Shown here in pieces: positions 1-10,370 of a stretch of DNA of 64,000 bases. The DNA is taken from assembly GCA_947476185.1 (NCBI GenBank), contig CANJPX010000011.1, positions 1,491 through 65,490 of the forward strand. The letters run 5' to 3'. A program made the position numbers and the translations under genes. This stretch comes from Bacteroidota bacterium (GTDB taxonomy: Bacteria; Bacteroidota; Bacteroidia; 2-12-FULL-35-15). Every line of letters starts with the position of its first letter. Position 1 is the stretch's first letter. Below the pieces are notes generated by a model. The model saw only the letters and a program-made list of their open reading frames with translations. It made no database searches and had not been told where the DNA came from.

Positions 1-1
1 A

Positions 2-181
2 ATTGTAGTTCGCGATCTATTAGGAAAAGTAGTTAAGACTATAGATCAAACATCATTTTCTTCTGGCGAAAATGACTTTGAAATAAATTTTGAGGATTCA
101 AATTTAAAGAATGGAATGTATATTTTAAATATACAATCAAGCAGGGGGCAAGTTTCTAAAAAGATTTCAATAATTAGATAA
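2..181 (+). CDS. 3' end of a T9SS type A C-terminal-domain protein (partial, runs off the window start)
   Basis: Frame 2 reads IVVRDLLGKVVKTIDQ...LKNGMYILNIQSSRGQVSKKISIIR* with TAA at 179-181; typical T9SS CTD (G-x-Y, terminal KK-x-I). Confidence 0.85.
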   Translation: MVVRDLLGKVVKTIDQTSFSSGENDFEINFEDSNLKNGMYILNIQSSRGQVSKKISIIR

Positions 182-184
182 AAA

Positions 185-234
185 TTATTTTAAGGGAAAG
201 TCAATAGTTGCAAATTGACTTTCCCTTAAAATAA
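185..234. repeat. Perfect 21-bp inverted repeat (terminator-like hairpin)
   Basis: TTATTTTAAGGGAAAGTCAAT (185-205) / ATTGACTTTCCCTTAAAATAA (214-234), 8-nt loop, directly after a stop codon. Confidence 0.8.
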
Positions 235-310
235 AAGGAGTGCTAAAATTGTCAGAAGTTAGGTTCTGTAATTTGTTAATTTAATCCTACTTTAGTGTAA
301 AAATAGGTAA

Positions 311-2386
311 ATGAAAAAAATTACACTGCTAAGTATTTTAGTGTTTGCGATAATGATTTCTAAAGCGCAAACATATACCAGTTTTGCTGGCGGTTCCATT
401 CCTGATGCTGGTCCGCAAGTTCAATTTCCTATGACTGTTTCAGGATTATCTCCGGCTACGATCGATACTATTTTTGGATTAGAAACAGTATGTATCACCA
501 TAACTCATACCTGGGATGCCGACCTGAGTATCGCCCTTCAAGCACCTGACGGCTCGATTGTGGATCTGTCAATATCAAACGGAAATGATGGTGATGGTTA
601 TACCACCACCTGCTTTAATGCCTACGCAGCAAATTCAATTGTTACAGGTACTGCTCCATTCACAGGAACATTTCGTCCGCAAGGATTTATTGGCGCATTG
701 AATAACGGCCAAGTTGGAAATGGGATCTGGAAATTACTTGTACAAGATAGTTATGGCGCCGATACAGGAAGTGTGATTAATTGGAGCATCACTTTTGGAA
801 ATACGCCTGCTAAACCTTTCCTTTTTAAATCATCGAATTTACCTATAGTAGTAATAAATACAGGAGGATCAAATATTCCCAATGAACCTAAATTACAGGT
901 ACAGATGGGAATTATTTTTAATGGTGCCGGCATACGGAATTACTTGACAGATCCATTTAATAATTACAATAATAAAGTGGGAATAGAATTGCGGGGGTCC
1001 AGTTCATCCAGCTTTCCGCAAAAGAGTTATGGCTTTGAAACACGCGATATCAATGGAACACAAAAAGATACGATTGTATTGGGAATGCCTACTGAACACG
1101 ACTGGGACTTAATTGCTCCTTATGATGACAAAACATGTTTACGAAATGTATTGTCGTACGATGTTGCCAATAAAACGGGACATTATGCTTCACGCACACA
1201 ATCGTGTGAACTGGTTATCAATGGGCAATATCAAGGAATATACACATTGATGGAAAAAGTAAAACGGGGCAATAACCGCGTGAATATTTCAAAACTTCTT
1301 CCAACAGATATTACCGGTGACCAACTTACAGGTGGATATATCATAAAAGTTGACCGAGATGACGGACCGGGAAGCTACTGGACATCACCTTATCCGGCAG
1401 TTGATGGATCGAGTATAAATTATGTGCATGTGTATCCTCAAAACGGAACCATAGTTACTCAGCAACGAAATTATATCATGGCGTATGTCGATACCGTTGA
1501 AAATGTTTTGGCAAGTGCGTCGTTTGCAGATCCGATAAATGGTTACAGAAAATATATCGGAGTAAATACGTTTATTGATTATTTCATTTTAAATGAAGTG
1601 AGTAAAAATGTGGATGGTTATCGGTTAAGCACGTATTTCTTCAAAGACAAACAAAGTAGTGGTGGTAAATTAAAAGCCGGCCCGGTATGGGACTTTAACT
1701 TAGCCTGGTGGAATGCGGATTATTGCGGAGGAGATCAAACAACAGGTTGGGCGTACGATATTGCTACTGTTTGTACAGGAGGATGGCAACCAAATTTCTG
1801 GTGGGCGCGTTTGTTACAAGATCCAACGTACACAGCTCAGCTAAAATGCAGATGGGAAGAATTAAGAGCAACAACATTAAGTATTCCTGTTCTTAACTAT
1901 TTTGTAGATTCTATGGCCAACTATTTAGAAGAGGCGCAAGTCCGCCATTTCACAGCTTGGCCGATCTTAGGAACATACACATGGCCAAATCCTAGTCCTA
2001 TTCCATCTGATTATGCCGGAGAGATATCGGCATTAAAAACATGGATCTATGACCGCATCACCTGGATGGATGCCAATTTACCGGGTACCTGTAATGTTGG
2101 TATTCACGAGAACACATTGACTGAAAGTAATATTGTTTTGTATCCGAATCCATTCAGAAATTCATTTCATCTGCAATTTTATTTGCCTCATTCAGAAAAA
2201 ATAAAAATTGAGATCACCAATATGTTAGGGAAAGTGATAAAACGTATCGATCAAAAAGACCTTTTTGAAGGAGAGAACAATCTTGACATTTCCTTTGACG
2301 AAGGAGAATTAAAAAACGGAATGTATCTGTTGACTATTATTTCTGATACCGGTATAGTTGTAAAAAAAATGACCAGAGTGGAGTAA
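311..2386 (+). CDS. Secreted CotH-family kinase with N-terminal proprotein-convertase P-domain and T9SS CTD
   Basis: Signal peptide; ITHTWDADLSIALQAPDG...GIWKLLVQD (P-domain); ELRGSSS...QKSYGFE, YQGIYTLMEK, GPVWDFNLAW (CotH); YPNPF...KNGMY CTD. Confidence 0.85.
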   Translation: MKKITLLSILVFAIMISKAQTYTSFAGGSIPDAGPQVQFPMTVSGLSPATIDTIFGLETVCITITHTWDADLSIALQAPDGSIVDLSISNGNDGDGYTTTCFNAYAANSIVTGTAPFTGTFRPQGFIGALNNGQVGNGIWKLLVQDSYGADTGSVINWSITFGNTPAKPFLFKSSNLPIVVINTGGSNIPNEPKLQVQMGIIFNGAGIRNYLTDPFNNYNNKVGIELRGSSSSSFPQKSYGFETRDINGTQKDTIVLGMPTEHDWDLIAPYDDKTCLRNVLSYDVANKTGHYASRTQSCELVINGQYQGIYTLMEKVKRGNNRVNISKLLPTDITGDQLTGGYIIKVDRDDGPGSYWTSPYPAVDGSSINYVHVYPQNGTIVTQQRNYIMAYVDTVENVLASASFADPINGYRKYIGVNTFIDYFILNEVSKNVDGYRLSTYFFKDKQSSGGKLKAGPVWDFNLAWWNADYCGGDQTTGWAYDIATVCTGGWQPNFWWARLLQDPTYTAQLKCRWEELRATTLSIPVLNYFVDSMANYLEEAQVRHFTAWPILGTYTWPNPSPIPSDYAGEISALKTWIYDRITWMDANLPGTCNVGIHENTLTESNIVLYPNPFRNSFHLQFYLPHSEKIKIEITNMLGKVIKRIDQKDLFEGENNLDISFDEGELKNGMYLLTIISDTGIVVKKMTRVE

Positions 2387-2454
2387 GTATGCTCAGCTGA
2401 AATTCTTTAGTTGCTATACTTTTTTATTATTGGCATAGAAAAATAACAAAGAAA

Positions 2455-3216
2455 TTATTTTTTTAATTCATTGTTCTTATAATTCTCTGTCTTGATCAGC
2501 TTCCCGTTTTCATCAAACTCTTTCCAAGAGCCCTCCTTTTTTCCATGAACATATTTTCCTGACATTTTCATTTTGCCATTTTCAAAATATTCATGACACT
2601 CCCCTTCTTCCAAATTATTTACTGTAGTTACTTCTGAATTTACATTTCCATTTTTAAAAAATGTTTTTTGAACACCGTCTTGCTTCCCTTTCTTATATTG
2701 ATATTCAACACTAAGTTGTCCTTCGGCAAAGAACCATTTTACTGAACCATCACGCAAATTGCCTCTATAGTGTCCTTCCTCCTGCAATTTACCATCAGAA
2801 TAATATACTTTCTTAAGACCATTTAAGACACCCATAGTATAATCTGTTTCAGATTTTACTTTTGCGCCCGGAAAATAGGCCATGCTTTTACCGTTCAAGG
2901 AATCATTTATATACGTTTCCTTTTGGTATAAAAAGCCTGTCTTATCAATTAGAATACTATACCCATTTTTAAATCCGTTTTTATATTCATCCATATTGGA
3001 TATCACACCATTTGCATGGTAGCCAACCCAAAGTCCTTCTTTTTTATCATTTACATAATTTCCATAATAATCTGATTGCCCTAATCTTTCTTTCCAGATA
3101 CCTGTTTTTTTTCCTGAATTATCAGTTTTATTGGTATCGGAGATCATTAATGTCGCTGCATTAACAGAAATAGTAAGGCAAACGATCGACACAAATAATA
3201 AGAATCTTGTTTTCAT
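2455..3216 (-). CDS. MORN-repeat / YwqK-like exported protein
   Basis: Signal peptide followed by repeated G-x-W/Y..Y..NG....G.Y units. Confidence 0.8.
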   Translation of the reverse strand: MKTRFLLFVSIVCLTISVNAATLMISDTNKTDNSGKKTGIWKERLGQSDYYGNYVNDKKEGLWVGYHANGVISNMDEYKNGFKNGYSILIDKTGFLYQKETYINDSLNGKSMAYFPGAKVKSETDYTMGVLNGLKKVYYSDGKLQEEGHYRGNLRDGSVKWFFAEGQLSVEYQYKKGKQDGVQKTFFKNGNVNSEVTTVNNLEEGECHEYFENGKMKMSGKYVHGKKEGSWKEFDENGKLIKTENYKNNELKK

Positions 3217-3234
3217 TTTAATAATTAATTTAAT

Positions 3235-4314
3235 TTACAACCATTTTTTTCTTCTAAAATATATCAATAAGGAGATCATTATGGTAAGCATAGCCGCCCA
3301 GGTAAGCGGATAGCCCCATTTAGAACGCAGTTCCGGCATATCTTCAAAATTCATTCCATATACACCGGCTATAAAAGTAACAGGAACAAAAACAGTAGTA
3401 ATGATGGTTAAAACCTTCATCACTTCATTCATTTTATTACTAACACTCGACAAATAAATATCCATCATTCCTGATAGGAGATCACGGTATGTTTCAACCG
3501 TATCAATTACACGGATTGTGTGATCATGAACATCTCTAAGATAAATATCTGTTGAAGGTTTTATTAGTTCCGTTTCACTTCTTTCCATATTGTTGATCAA
3601 TTCACGCATTGGCCAAACCGATTTCCTTAAGAAGATCATTTCACGTTTCATTTCGTGCAAATGACGCATGGTTTCTTTGGTTGGTTCATCTATCAGATTC
3701 TCCTCCAACAACTCTATTTTATCCCCAACTTTTTCTAAAATTCCAAAATAACAATCCACAACAGCATCTATTAATGCATATGCTAAATAATCGGCACCCA
3801 TTTTCCGGATGCGACCTTTTCCCGTACGGATCCTGTTCCTAATCAGATCAAAGGCGTCTCCACCATGGGATTCTTGAAAAGAAACAACCATTTTATCCAT
3901 TAATACTACACTTAGTTGCTCCGACAACAATTCAGAATTGTAGTATAACATTTTCATTATCGCGACCACATAGTTATCGTAGTCTTCGAATTTCGGTCGC
4001 TGATTCGTATTTACAATATCCTCAAGTGTAAGCGGATGGATATTAAACCGTTTACCGATGGCTTCAATAAATTCTACATTATGAATCCCATCCACATTGA
4101 TCCATCTAACCATTTCAAAGTTGACATGATCCATACATTCCGACAGGTCATGAAATTCTTTTTCAATGAATTCCGTTTCATTGTATTCAATCAATGAGAT
4201 CTTAACTCTGTCTGTTTGTTTCTCTCCATGATACACTACTGTTCCGGGAGGAGCGCCAATTTTATTCGTTTTGTTCAAAATTTTTACACTATTAAGTATG
4301 TTCTTCCGATTCAT
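3235..4314 (-). CDS. corA: Magnesium/cobalt transporter CorA
   Basis: G-x-PPG N-terminus, HPLTLEDI..RPK, YGMNF and MPEL motifs, two C-terminal TM helices; start uncertain (4314 or 4323). Confidence 0.95.
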   Translation of the reverse strand: MNRKNILNSVKILNKTNKIGAPPGTVVYHGEKQTDRVKISLIEYNETEFIEKEFHDLSECMDHVNFEMVRWINVDGIHNVEFIEAIGKRFNIHPLTLEDIVNTNQRPKFEDYDNYVVAIMKMLYYNSELLSEQLSVVLMDKMVVSFQESHGGDAFDLIRNRIRTGKGRIRKMGADYLAYALIDAVVDCYFGILEKVGDKIELLEENLIDEPTKETMRHLHEMKREMIFLRKSVWPMRELINNMERSETELIKPSTDIYLRDVHDHTIRVIDTVETYRDLLSGMMDIYLSSVSNKMNEVMKVLTIITTVFVPVTFIAGVYGMNFEDMPELRSKWGYPLTWAAMLTIMISLLIYFRRKKWL

Positions 4315-5005
4315 GCTTTTCAATATTAACGTCCTTCATTTTATTTCCTTCCACCACAATCACAATTTCTCCTTTTACTGTTTTTGTTTTAAAATAATCG
4401 GCCAGTTCAAGCAGCGTTCCTCTTTTATTTTCTTCAAACATCTTTGATAATTCGCGGGAGACAGATGCTCTTCTTTCTGCACCAAAATATTCTATGAACT
4501 GCTCCAATGCTTTTACCAAGCGATGTGGAGATTCATAAAATATCATTGTACGATGTTCATTTACCAATGATTTTATTTTTGTTTGTCGCCCTTTTTTCTG
4601 AGGAAGAAAACCTTCGAAACAAAAAGTATCACTTGGCAATCCTGAATTCACCAATGCTGGAACAAAAGCGGTAGCACCCGGCAAACATTCAACCTCAATG
4701 CCTTTAGAGATACATTCACGAATCAATAAAAAACCGGGATCGGAAATTCCTGGCGTGCCTGCATCTGTTATCAAAGCAATCTTTTCTCCATTGGCGATAC
4801 GCTCCGAGATCATTTCTACAGTCTTGTGCTCATTGTGCATATGATGCGAAAACATCTTTTTATTAATTCCTAAATGCTTTAATAATATTCCTGATTTGCG
4901 GGTATCTTCTGCTAGGATCAAATCGACTTCATTTAAAATACGAATCGCCCGGAGAGTAATATCCTCAAGGTTTCCAATAGGTGTAGGGATTATGAATAGT
5001 TTCAA
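4292..5005 (-). CDS. rsmI: 16S rRNA (cytidine1402-2'-O)-methyltransferase
   Basis: PTPIGNLEDIT, AEDTR, DAGTPGISDPG, FYESPHR, RELSKMFEE; TTG start. Confidence 0.95.
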   Translation of the reverse strand: MKLFIIPTPIGNLEDITLRAIRILNEVDLILAEDTRKSGILLKHLGINKKMFSHHMHNEHKTVEMISERIANGEKIALITDAGTPGISDPGFLLIRECISKGIEVECLPGATAFVPALVNSGLPSDTFCFEGFLPQKKGRQTKIKSLVNEHRTMIFYESPHRLVKALEQFIEYFGAERRASVSRELSKMFEENKRGTLLELADYFKTKTVKGEIVIVVEGNKMKDVNIEKHESEEHT

Positions 5006-5066
5006 GTTTGAAGTTTTAAAGTTCTGTGTTTATTTTGCTTTGTATTATTGGAACGCAGATATTGTT

Positions 5067-6395
5067 TTACTGTTGCAAATAATCACCAAAAGCGGTGATC
5101 AATTTAAACAGGTTTTCAAATTCATTCAAAGGTAATGTTTCTGCACGATCATAAATATCGTGATAAGCTTTAATTCCACCCATAGAATAAATAAAAAAAG
5201 CTTTTACCCCTTTTTCAGAAAAACAATAATGATCGCTATTCGCTGCCTTCCCGCGAATTTTTACATCTTTAATAAAATTATTCTGAGTGTTTATTTCTTT
5301 TAGTTTATCAAACTCATTTTTAAAAACAGAGCCATTCACAACAGTTATTCCATCCTCACCGGTTCCCATAATATCCATATTTAAAACAAATTTTATATTT
5401 TTCAGAGGGAATACCGGGTGTTCTGTATAATATTTGGATCCAAGTAAACCAGCTTCTTCACCACAAAATGCAATAAAAGCAACGGAACATTTTGGCTTGT
5501 GTTCCGGCATAGAATAATATCTTGCCAGATTCAAGAGCATGGCAGAACCGCTTGCGTTATCATTTGCTCCCGGAAAAAAGATCTCTTGCCCCATCTGTCC
5601 GAGATGATCATAATGAGCTGTATAAACGATAAATGAATCGGGGAAAACAGAACCCTGCACATAACCTATAACATTTTGAGTAGAATGATTGGGAATGAAT
5701 TTGTTTTTTATATCAAACGTAATTTGTTTAGGATTTTTATCAATAGAAGTTCTTAAAATTTCAATTAAAGCATAATCATTAGTTGTTTGAGCTGCAGTAA
5801 ATGTAAGTTTATCTTTTAATGAGATGATCGCTTTTGCTTTGATACCGTTACCTAATATATTATTCAGTTCCTTTGTTTGTTTTCCCGTATCGTTTACAAT
5901 GACCACTTTATTTCTAAAGTCTTGTTTGAGAAATTTATTAAATTTTCTGGGGGTTTTCGTCAATAGATCATCCGCCAGTCCAATCTTACAAGTTCCACTT
6001 GATGAAGGTGAATGCGCGTAAATGATGAAATCTTTTCCAGGCACCAATTGCTTTCCATCTATCTGCACTAAAATAGTATTGGGATATGTATTTACAGGAA
6101 AACTAAGCTTCTGATAATAACCTGTTTCAAACGATCTTAAACCGATTTTCATAAACTCTTCCCTGATGAAATTTGCTGCAATACTATCGCCTCCATTAAC
6201 ATAACCTCTACCATGCATACTTTCGGAAGCCATGGTATCAACGATCTTACGGGCATAAGAATAAACTTCTCCTTTTTTTATTTCCTGAGAAAAGAGATTG
6301 CATGAGAATAGAAAATAAAGAAAAACTGTAAAAAATAATTTGGCGTGCATCATGTTTTTGTAAACGAGTAAATTCAAACAACAAATAACGAACAA
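5067..6395 (-). CDS. M28 family metallopeptidase
   Basis: TAHYDHLG, GANDNASG, GEEAGLLGS, NMDIMG, SDH, YH..D; true start probably near 6350. Confidence 0.9.
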   Translation of the reverse strand: MFVICCLNLLVYKNMMHAKLFFTVFLYFLFSCNLFSQEIKKGEVYSYARKIVDTMASESMHGRGYVNGGDSIAANFIREEFMKIGLRSFETGYYQKLSFPVNTYPNTILVQIDGKQLVPGKDFIIYAHSPSSSGTCKIGLADDLLTKTPRKFNKFLKQDFRNKVVIVNDTGKQTKELNNILGNGIKAKAIISLKDKLTFTAAQTTNDYALIEILRTSIDKNPKQITFDIKNKFIPNHSTQNVIGYVQGSVFPDSFIVYTAHYDHLGQMGQEIFFPGANDNASGSAMLLNLARYYSMPEHKPKCSVAFIAFCGEEAGLLGSKYYTEHPVFPLKNIKFVLNMDIMGTGEDGITVVNGSVFKNEFDKLKEINTQNNFIKDVKIRGKAANSDHYCFSEKGVKAFFIYSMGGIKAYHDIYDRAETLPLNEFENLFKLITAFGDYLQQ

Positions 6396-6402
6396 CCAAT
6401 AA

Positions 6403-7050
6403 TTAACTGTATCTTCTGTCCACCATATTTAACAATCGTTTTACGGCATCCTTCTCAGTATCCCATTCATATAATTGTTGCAAATTGCTGAAATAATCCA
6501 TTGCCGACGCCAGTGATTCTGCCGAATTCAATTGCTGGATTGCAATATTATATTCCTGCATATTACCGCCGAACAATTCATTGGCAAACAAAAATTTATC
6601 ATTCAATGCAATCGCTTTCGTGATATCGGCAATAGCCGGACTTTGAACATTTTTCTCAACAGCCTTTTCTTCCCTTTTCTCCGTCTTTTTTTCAATCTTC
6701 GTTTTTTCCGTTGGAGGAGGAAGTTCGCTTCCAAAAAGATCAATAGGTTTATCAATGATCTCAGCAGGTTTCTCAATTTCCTTTTTCAAGTCAGGTTTGG
6801 GCGTCTGAATTATCAGAGTTTCTTTTTTAGCATCTTCCATTTTCAAAGATGAATTACCATTATCTGAAGACTTGGGAAGCGAATTTAAATGATTAAAAAC
6901 AATCGATTTTTGATATAATTTTTCAATTTTATGAAGGATAAGCTCCAATTCCAATTGCGGAATATGTTCTTTATTGCCGATATTATCGGAATGTTCCTTA
7001 ATGCTGTTTATTAAAACCGAGATCTCCTTTCTGATGTTCGCCTTATCCAT
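6403..7050 (-). CDS. Conserved Bacteroidota hypothetical protein
   Basis: C-terminal I.KAIALNDKFLFANELFGG...Y..AI..LN domain after a charged linker. Confidence 0.7.
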   Translation of the reverse strand: MDKANIRKEISVLINSIKEHSDNIGNKEHIPQLELELILHKIEKLYQKSIVFNHLNSLPKSSDNGNSSLKMEDAKKETLIIQTPKPDLKKEIEKPAEIIDKPIDLFGSELPPPTEKTKIEKKTEKREEKAVEKNVQSPAIADITKAIALNDKFLFANELFGGNMQEYNIAIQQLNSAESLASAMDYFSNLQQLYEWDTEKDAVKRLLNMVDRRYS

Positions 7051-7242
7051 AATTATATTTTAACAGGTTAAAAAACAAAACGCTTTTTTGACTAATTTTG
7101 TTGTTCAATAAAACAAGGTTCATTTCAAAAAATAATCCGTAGATTTAGAAATCCCTAACATTTTGATCCAGGACCTTATTTGCAATAAAAATACATTAAA
7201 ATTGCGAATATTAAAATAAGATTTTTCAAACAAAACAACAGC

Positions 7243-7818
7243 ATGTTCCTCGAAAACAACATTCAACAGAATAAACGCAAAGGCTCCATTGAGGTCATTT
7301 GCGGCTCCATGTTTTCTGGAAAAACAGAGGAACTCATCCGTAGAATGAAACGTGCACAATATGCAAAACAAAAAGTAGAAATTTTTAAGCCTGAAATTGA
7401 TACCCGATACGATGATGTTAAAGTAGTATCGCACGAAGGCAATTCCATACATTCTACACCTGTCCCGGCCTCCTCACACATTTTATTATTAGCCGATGAT
7501 GTTGCTGTCGTTGGAATTGATGAAGCACAATTTTTTGATGCAGGACTTACTGATGTATGCAATCAACTTGCCGACAGTGGTATCCGGGTAATTGTTGCCG
7601 GACTGGATATGGATTATTTAGGAAAACCTTTCGGACCAATCCCTTCGTTATTAGCCGTTGCAGAGCATGTTACCAAGGTACATGCCATTTGCATGCGCTG
7701 CGGAGATATTGCAAATCACTCCCACCGCATCACAAATGAAGAAGCACTGGTTTTACTCGGAGAAACAAATAATTATGAGCCACTCTGCAGAGATTGTTTT
7801 ATTGAAGCAAAAAAATAG
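7243..7818 (+). CDS. tdk: Thymidine kinase
   Basis: [26 protein letters not shown]-terminal Zn-binding cysteines (CMRC...CRDC). Confidence 0.97.
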   Translation: MFLENNIQQNKRKGSIEVICGSMFSGKTEELIRRMKRAQYAKQKVEIFKPEIDTRYDDVKVVSHEGNSIHSTPVPASSHILLLADDVAVVGIDEAQFFDAGLTDVCNQLADSGIRVIVAGLDMDYLGKPFGPIPSLLAVAEHVTKVHAICMRCGDIANHSHRITNEEALVLLGETNNYEPLCRDCFIEAKK

Positions 7819-7821
7819 ATC

Positions 7822-10305
7822 ATGAGCTACTCCATCTCCAGCATATCTGCTATAATAAATGGAAACATCAGCGGCAACGGAAACCCTGCTTCACGGATAA
7901 AAAATCTGTTGATCGACAGCAGAAAATTGTCCAATGCAGATACTTCATTGTTTTTCGCTATTGTTGGTGAACGTCATGATGGACACGCCTACCTCAGCGA
8001 TCTGTTTGAAAAAGGTGTCCGTAATTGTGTCGTTTCTACTTTACCTCAGAATCTTTCTGACTTTGAAAACACGAATTTTATTTTAGTACCCAATACCCTG
8101 CTTGCACTACAACAACTTTGTGCGTTTCACCGGCAACAATATAAAATTCCCGTTATCGGAATCACCGGAAGTAACGGAAAAACGATCGTGAAAGAATGGC
8201 TTTTCCAACTTTTGCGTGATGATAAAAATATTGTGAGAAGTCCGAAAAGTTTTAATTCCCAAGTAGGTGTGCCACTTTCTGTTTGGCAAATCACTGCTGA
8301 ACACGACCTGGGAATTTTTGAAGCAGGTATTTCTCAGCCGCAGGAAATGAAATTGTTGGAACACATCATCCGCCCAACGATAGGACTTATCACCAATATC
8401 GGTCAGGCACATGATGAAAATTTTGAAAATCAAAAACAAAAAGTAAACGAAAAACTGAAATTATTTTTGAATTCGGAAGTGATCATTTACTGCAAAGATT
8501 ATTTATCTATTCAGGAAGAAATATCTCATAACAAAACACTGAATGAATTAAAAACATTTACCTGGTCTAAAAAATTACGTGCCGATCTGTTGATCGGAAG
8601 AATTACAAAAACAGAAACCGATACTGAAATACAAGGAGTATATAAAAATGATTTTATCCGTATCACTATCCCGTTCACGGATGAAGCTAGCATCGAAAAC
8701 ACTATCCATTGTTGGGCAACGCTCCTTTATTTAGGTTATGAGAACACGGTAATAAACGAACGTATGCGATTTTTGAGTCCGGTGGCCATGAGACTGGAAC
8801 TAAAGGAAGGGATCAACAACTGCTCCATTATCAACGACAGTTATAATTCTGACCTAGGCTCACTTGCAATAGCGCTTGACTTTTTGAATCAGCAAAAACA
8901 GCATCCCAAGAAAACACTTATTTTATCTGATATTCTTCAAAGCGGACATAATGATGAAACACTTTATAAAGAAGTCGCGGAACTGATAAACAAAAAAGGA
9001 ATTTCACGATTGGTGGGTATCGGAGAAGGAATTTCAAGTCAGGCAGCACAATTTAACATTGAGAAAAGTTTTTACAAATCGACTGCAGATTTTATACAAC
9101 AATTCAATAACTCCTTCTTCAGGGATGAAACAATTCTGTTGAAAGGAGCCCGAGCATTCAGTTTCGAGGCTATCAGCAAGATCATTCAGCAGAAAGCACA
9201 TGAAACAGTTTTGGAAATTAATTTAAATGCGATCGTTCATAACCTCAACTATTATCGTTCGAAAATAAAAGCGGATACCAAGGTAATGGCAATGGTAAAA
9301 GCATTTTCATACGGCAGCGGAAGTTTTGAGATCGCAAACATTCTTCAGTTTCACCGCGTAGATTATCTGGCAGTCGCTTATGCGGATGAGGGAATAGAGT
9401 TACGAAAAGCAGGAATAACCATGCCGATCATGGTCATGAATCCTGAAGAGCAAAGTTACGATGCGATGATCCAATATAATCTGGAGCCTGAGATCTATAG
9501 TTTCCGTGTTTTGAATTTGTTTGAAGAAACACTAAAACGAAGTGAGCGCAACAATGTTCAGCCGATCCCTATCCACATAAAACTGGACACAGGAATGCAC
9601 AGGCTGGGATTTGATGAAGATGAAGTGAATGAATTGATTGTAAGGATCAGCAACAATAAACATCTGACCATCAAATCCATATTTTCACATTTGGCCGGTA
9701 GTGATGAAAGTGAGCACGATGATTTTACCTGGCAACAGATAAAAAAATTGAATGTGATGAGTGAAAAAATAAAATCTCACTTTTCATATCCTATCTTAAA
9801 ACACATTTTAAATTCAGCGGGTATTTCCCGTTTTCCTGATGCACAATTTGATATGGTACGCTTAGGTATTGGCTTATACGGCATTGGAGCAAATGCAACT
9901 GAACAAGCACAACTACAAAATGTAAGCACCTTAAAAACAAGTATCTCCCAGATAAAAAATATTTCTGCGAAGGAAACGATAGGCTACAGCAGAAAAGGCG
10001 TCGCTACACGTGACATGCAAATTGCTACTGTTCCAATCGGATATGCCGATGGGCTGAGCCGCAAATTAAGTAATGGGAAAGGCAAGATGATCGTGAAAGG
10101 CAAGATAGCACCTATAGTTGGTAATGTTTGTATGGATATGTGCATGATCGATATTACAAATATTCAGGCGAATGAAAATGATGAAGTAATTATTTTTGGT
10201 GATGCCAATCCAATTGCTGATGTAGCAAAAGATATAGGAACGATTCCGTATGAAGTGTTAACGAATGTTTCCAGAAGAGTAAAGAGGGTTTATTATCAGG
10301 AGTAA
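7822..10305 (+). CDS. alr: Bifunctional MurF-like ligase / alanine racemase
   Basis: N-terminal IDSR, GITGSNGKT, INDSYN; C-terminal AMVKAFSYG, KLDTGMHRLG, IGYADG, VCMDM, TIPYE. Confidence 0.95.
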   Translation: MSYSISSISAIINGNISGNGNPASRIKNLLIDSRKLSNADTSLFFAIVGERHDGHAYLSDLFEKGVRNCVVSTLPQNLSDFENTNFILVPNTLLALQQLCAFHRQQYKIPVIGITGSNGKTIVKEWLFQLLRDDKNIVRSPKSFNSQVGVPLSVWQITAEHDLGIFEAGISQPQEMKLLEHIIRPTIGLITNIGQAHDENFENQKQKVNEKLKLFLNSEVIIYCKDYLSIQEEISHNKTLNELKTFTWSKKLRADLLIGRITKTETDTEIQGVYKNDFIRITIPFTDEASIENTIHCWATLLYLGYENTVINERMRFLSPVAMRLELKEGINNCSIINDSYNSDLGSLAIALDFLNQQKQHPKKTLILSDILQSGHNDETLYKEVAELINKKGISRLVGIGEGISSQAAQFNIEKSFYKSTADFIQQFNNSFFRDETILLKGARAFSFEAISKIIQQKAHETVLEINLNAIVHNLNYYRSKIKADTKVMAMVKAFSYGSGSFEIANILQFHRVDYLAVAYADEGIELRKAGITMPIMVMNPEEQSYDAMIQYNLEPEIYSFRVLNLFEETLKRSERNNVQPIPIHIKLDTGMHRLGFDEDEVNELIVRISNNKHLTIKSIFSHLAGSDESEHDDFTWQQIKKLNVMSEKIKSHFSYPILKHILNSAGISRFPDAQFDMVRLGIGLYGIGANATEQAQLQNVSTLKTSISQIKNISAKETIGYSRKGVATRDMQIATVPIGYADGLSRKLSNGKGKMIVKGKIAPIVGNVCMDMCMIDITNIQANENDEVIIFGDANPIADVAKDIGTIPYEVLTNVSRRVKRVYYQE

Positions 10306-10370
10306 AACATTCGCTACAAAGGCGCTAAGACTCGAAGTTTATATATGTTTCTATTATAAATCGAATCTTG

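Noticed and set aside
2455-3216. Toxin-antitoxin module suggested by the YwqK-like repeats (also 22974-23417)
   Set aside because: No adjacent toxin gene; both proteins have export signals and are generic MORN-repeat proteins.
7822-10305. MurF-alanine racemase fusion as a novelty
   Set aside because: This is a well-known, common architecture in Bacteroidota.
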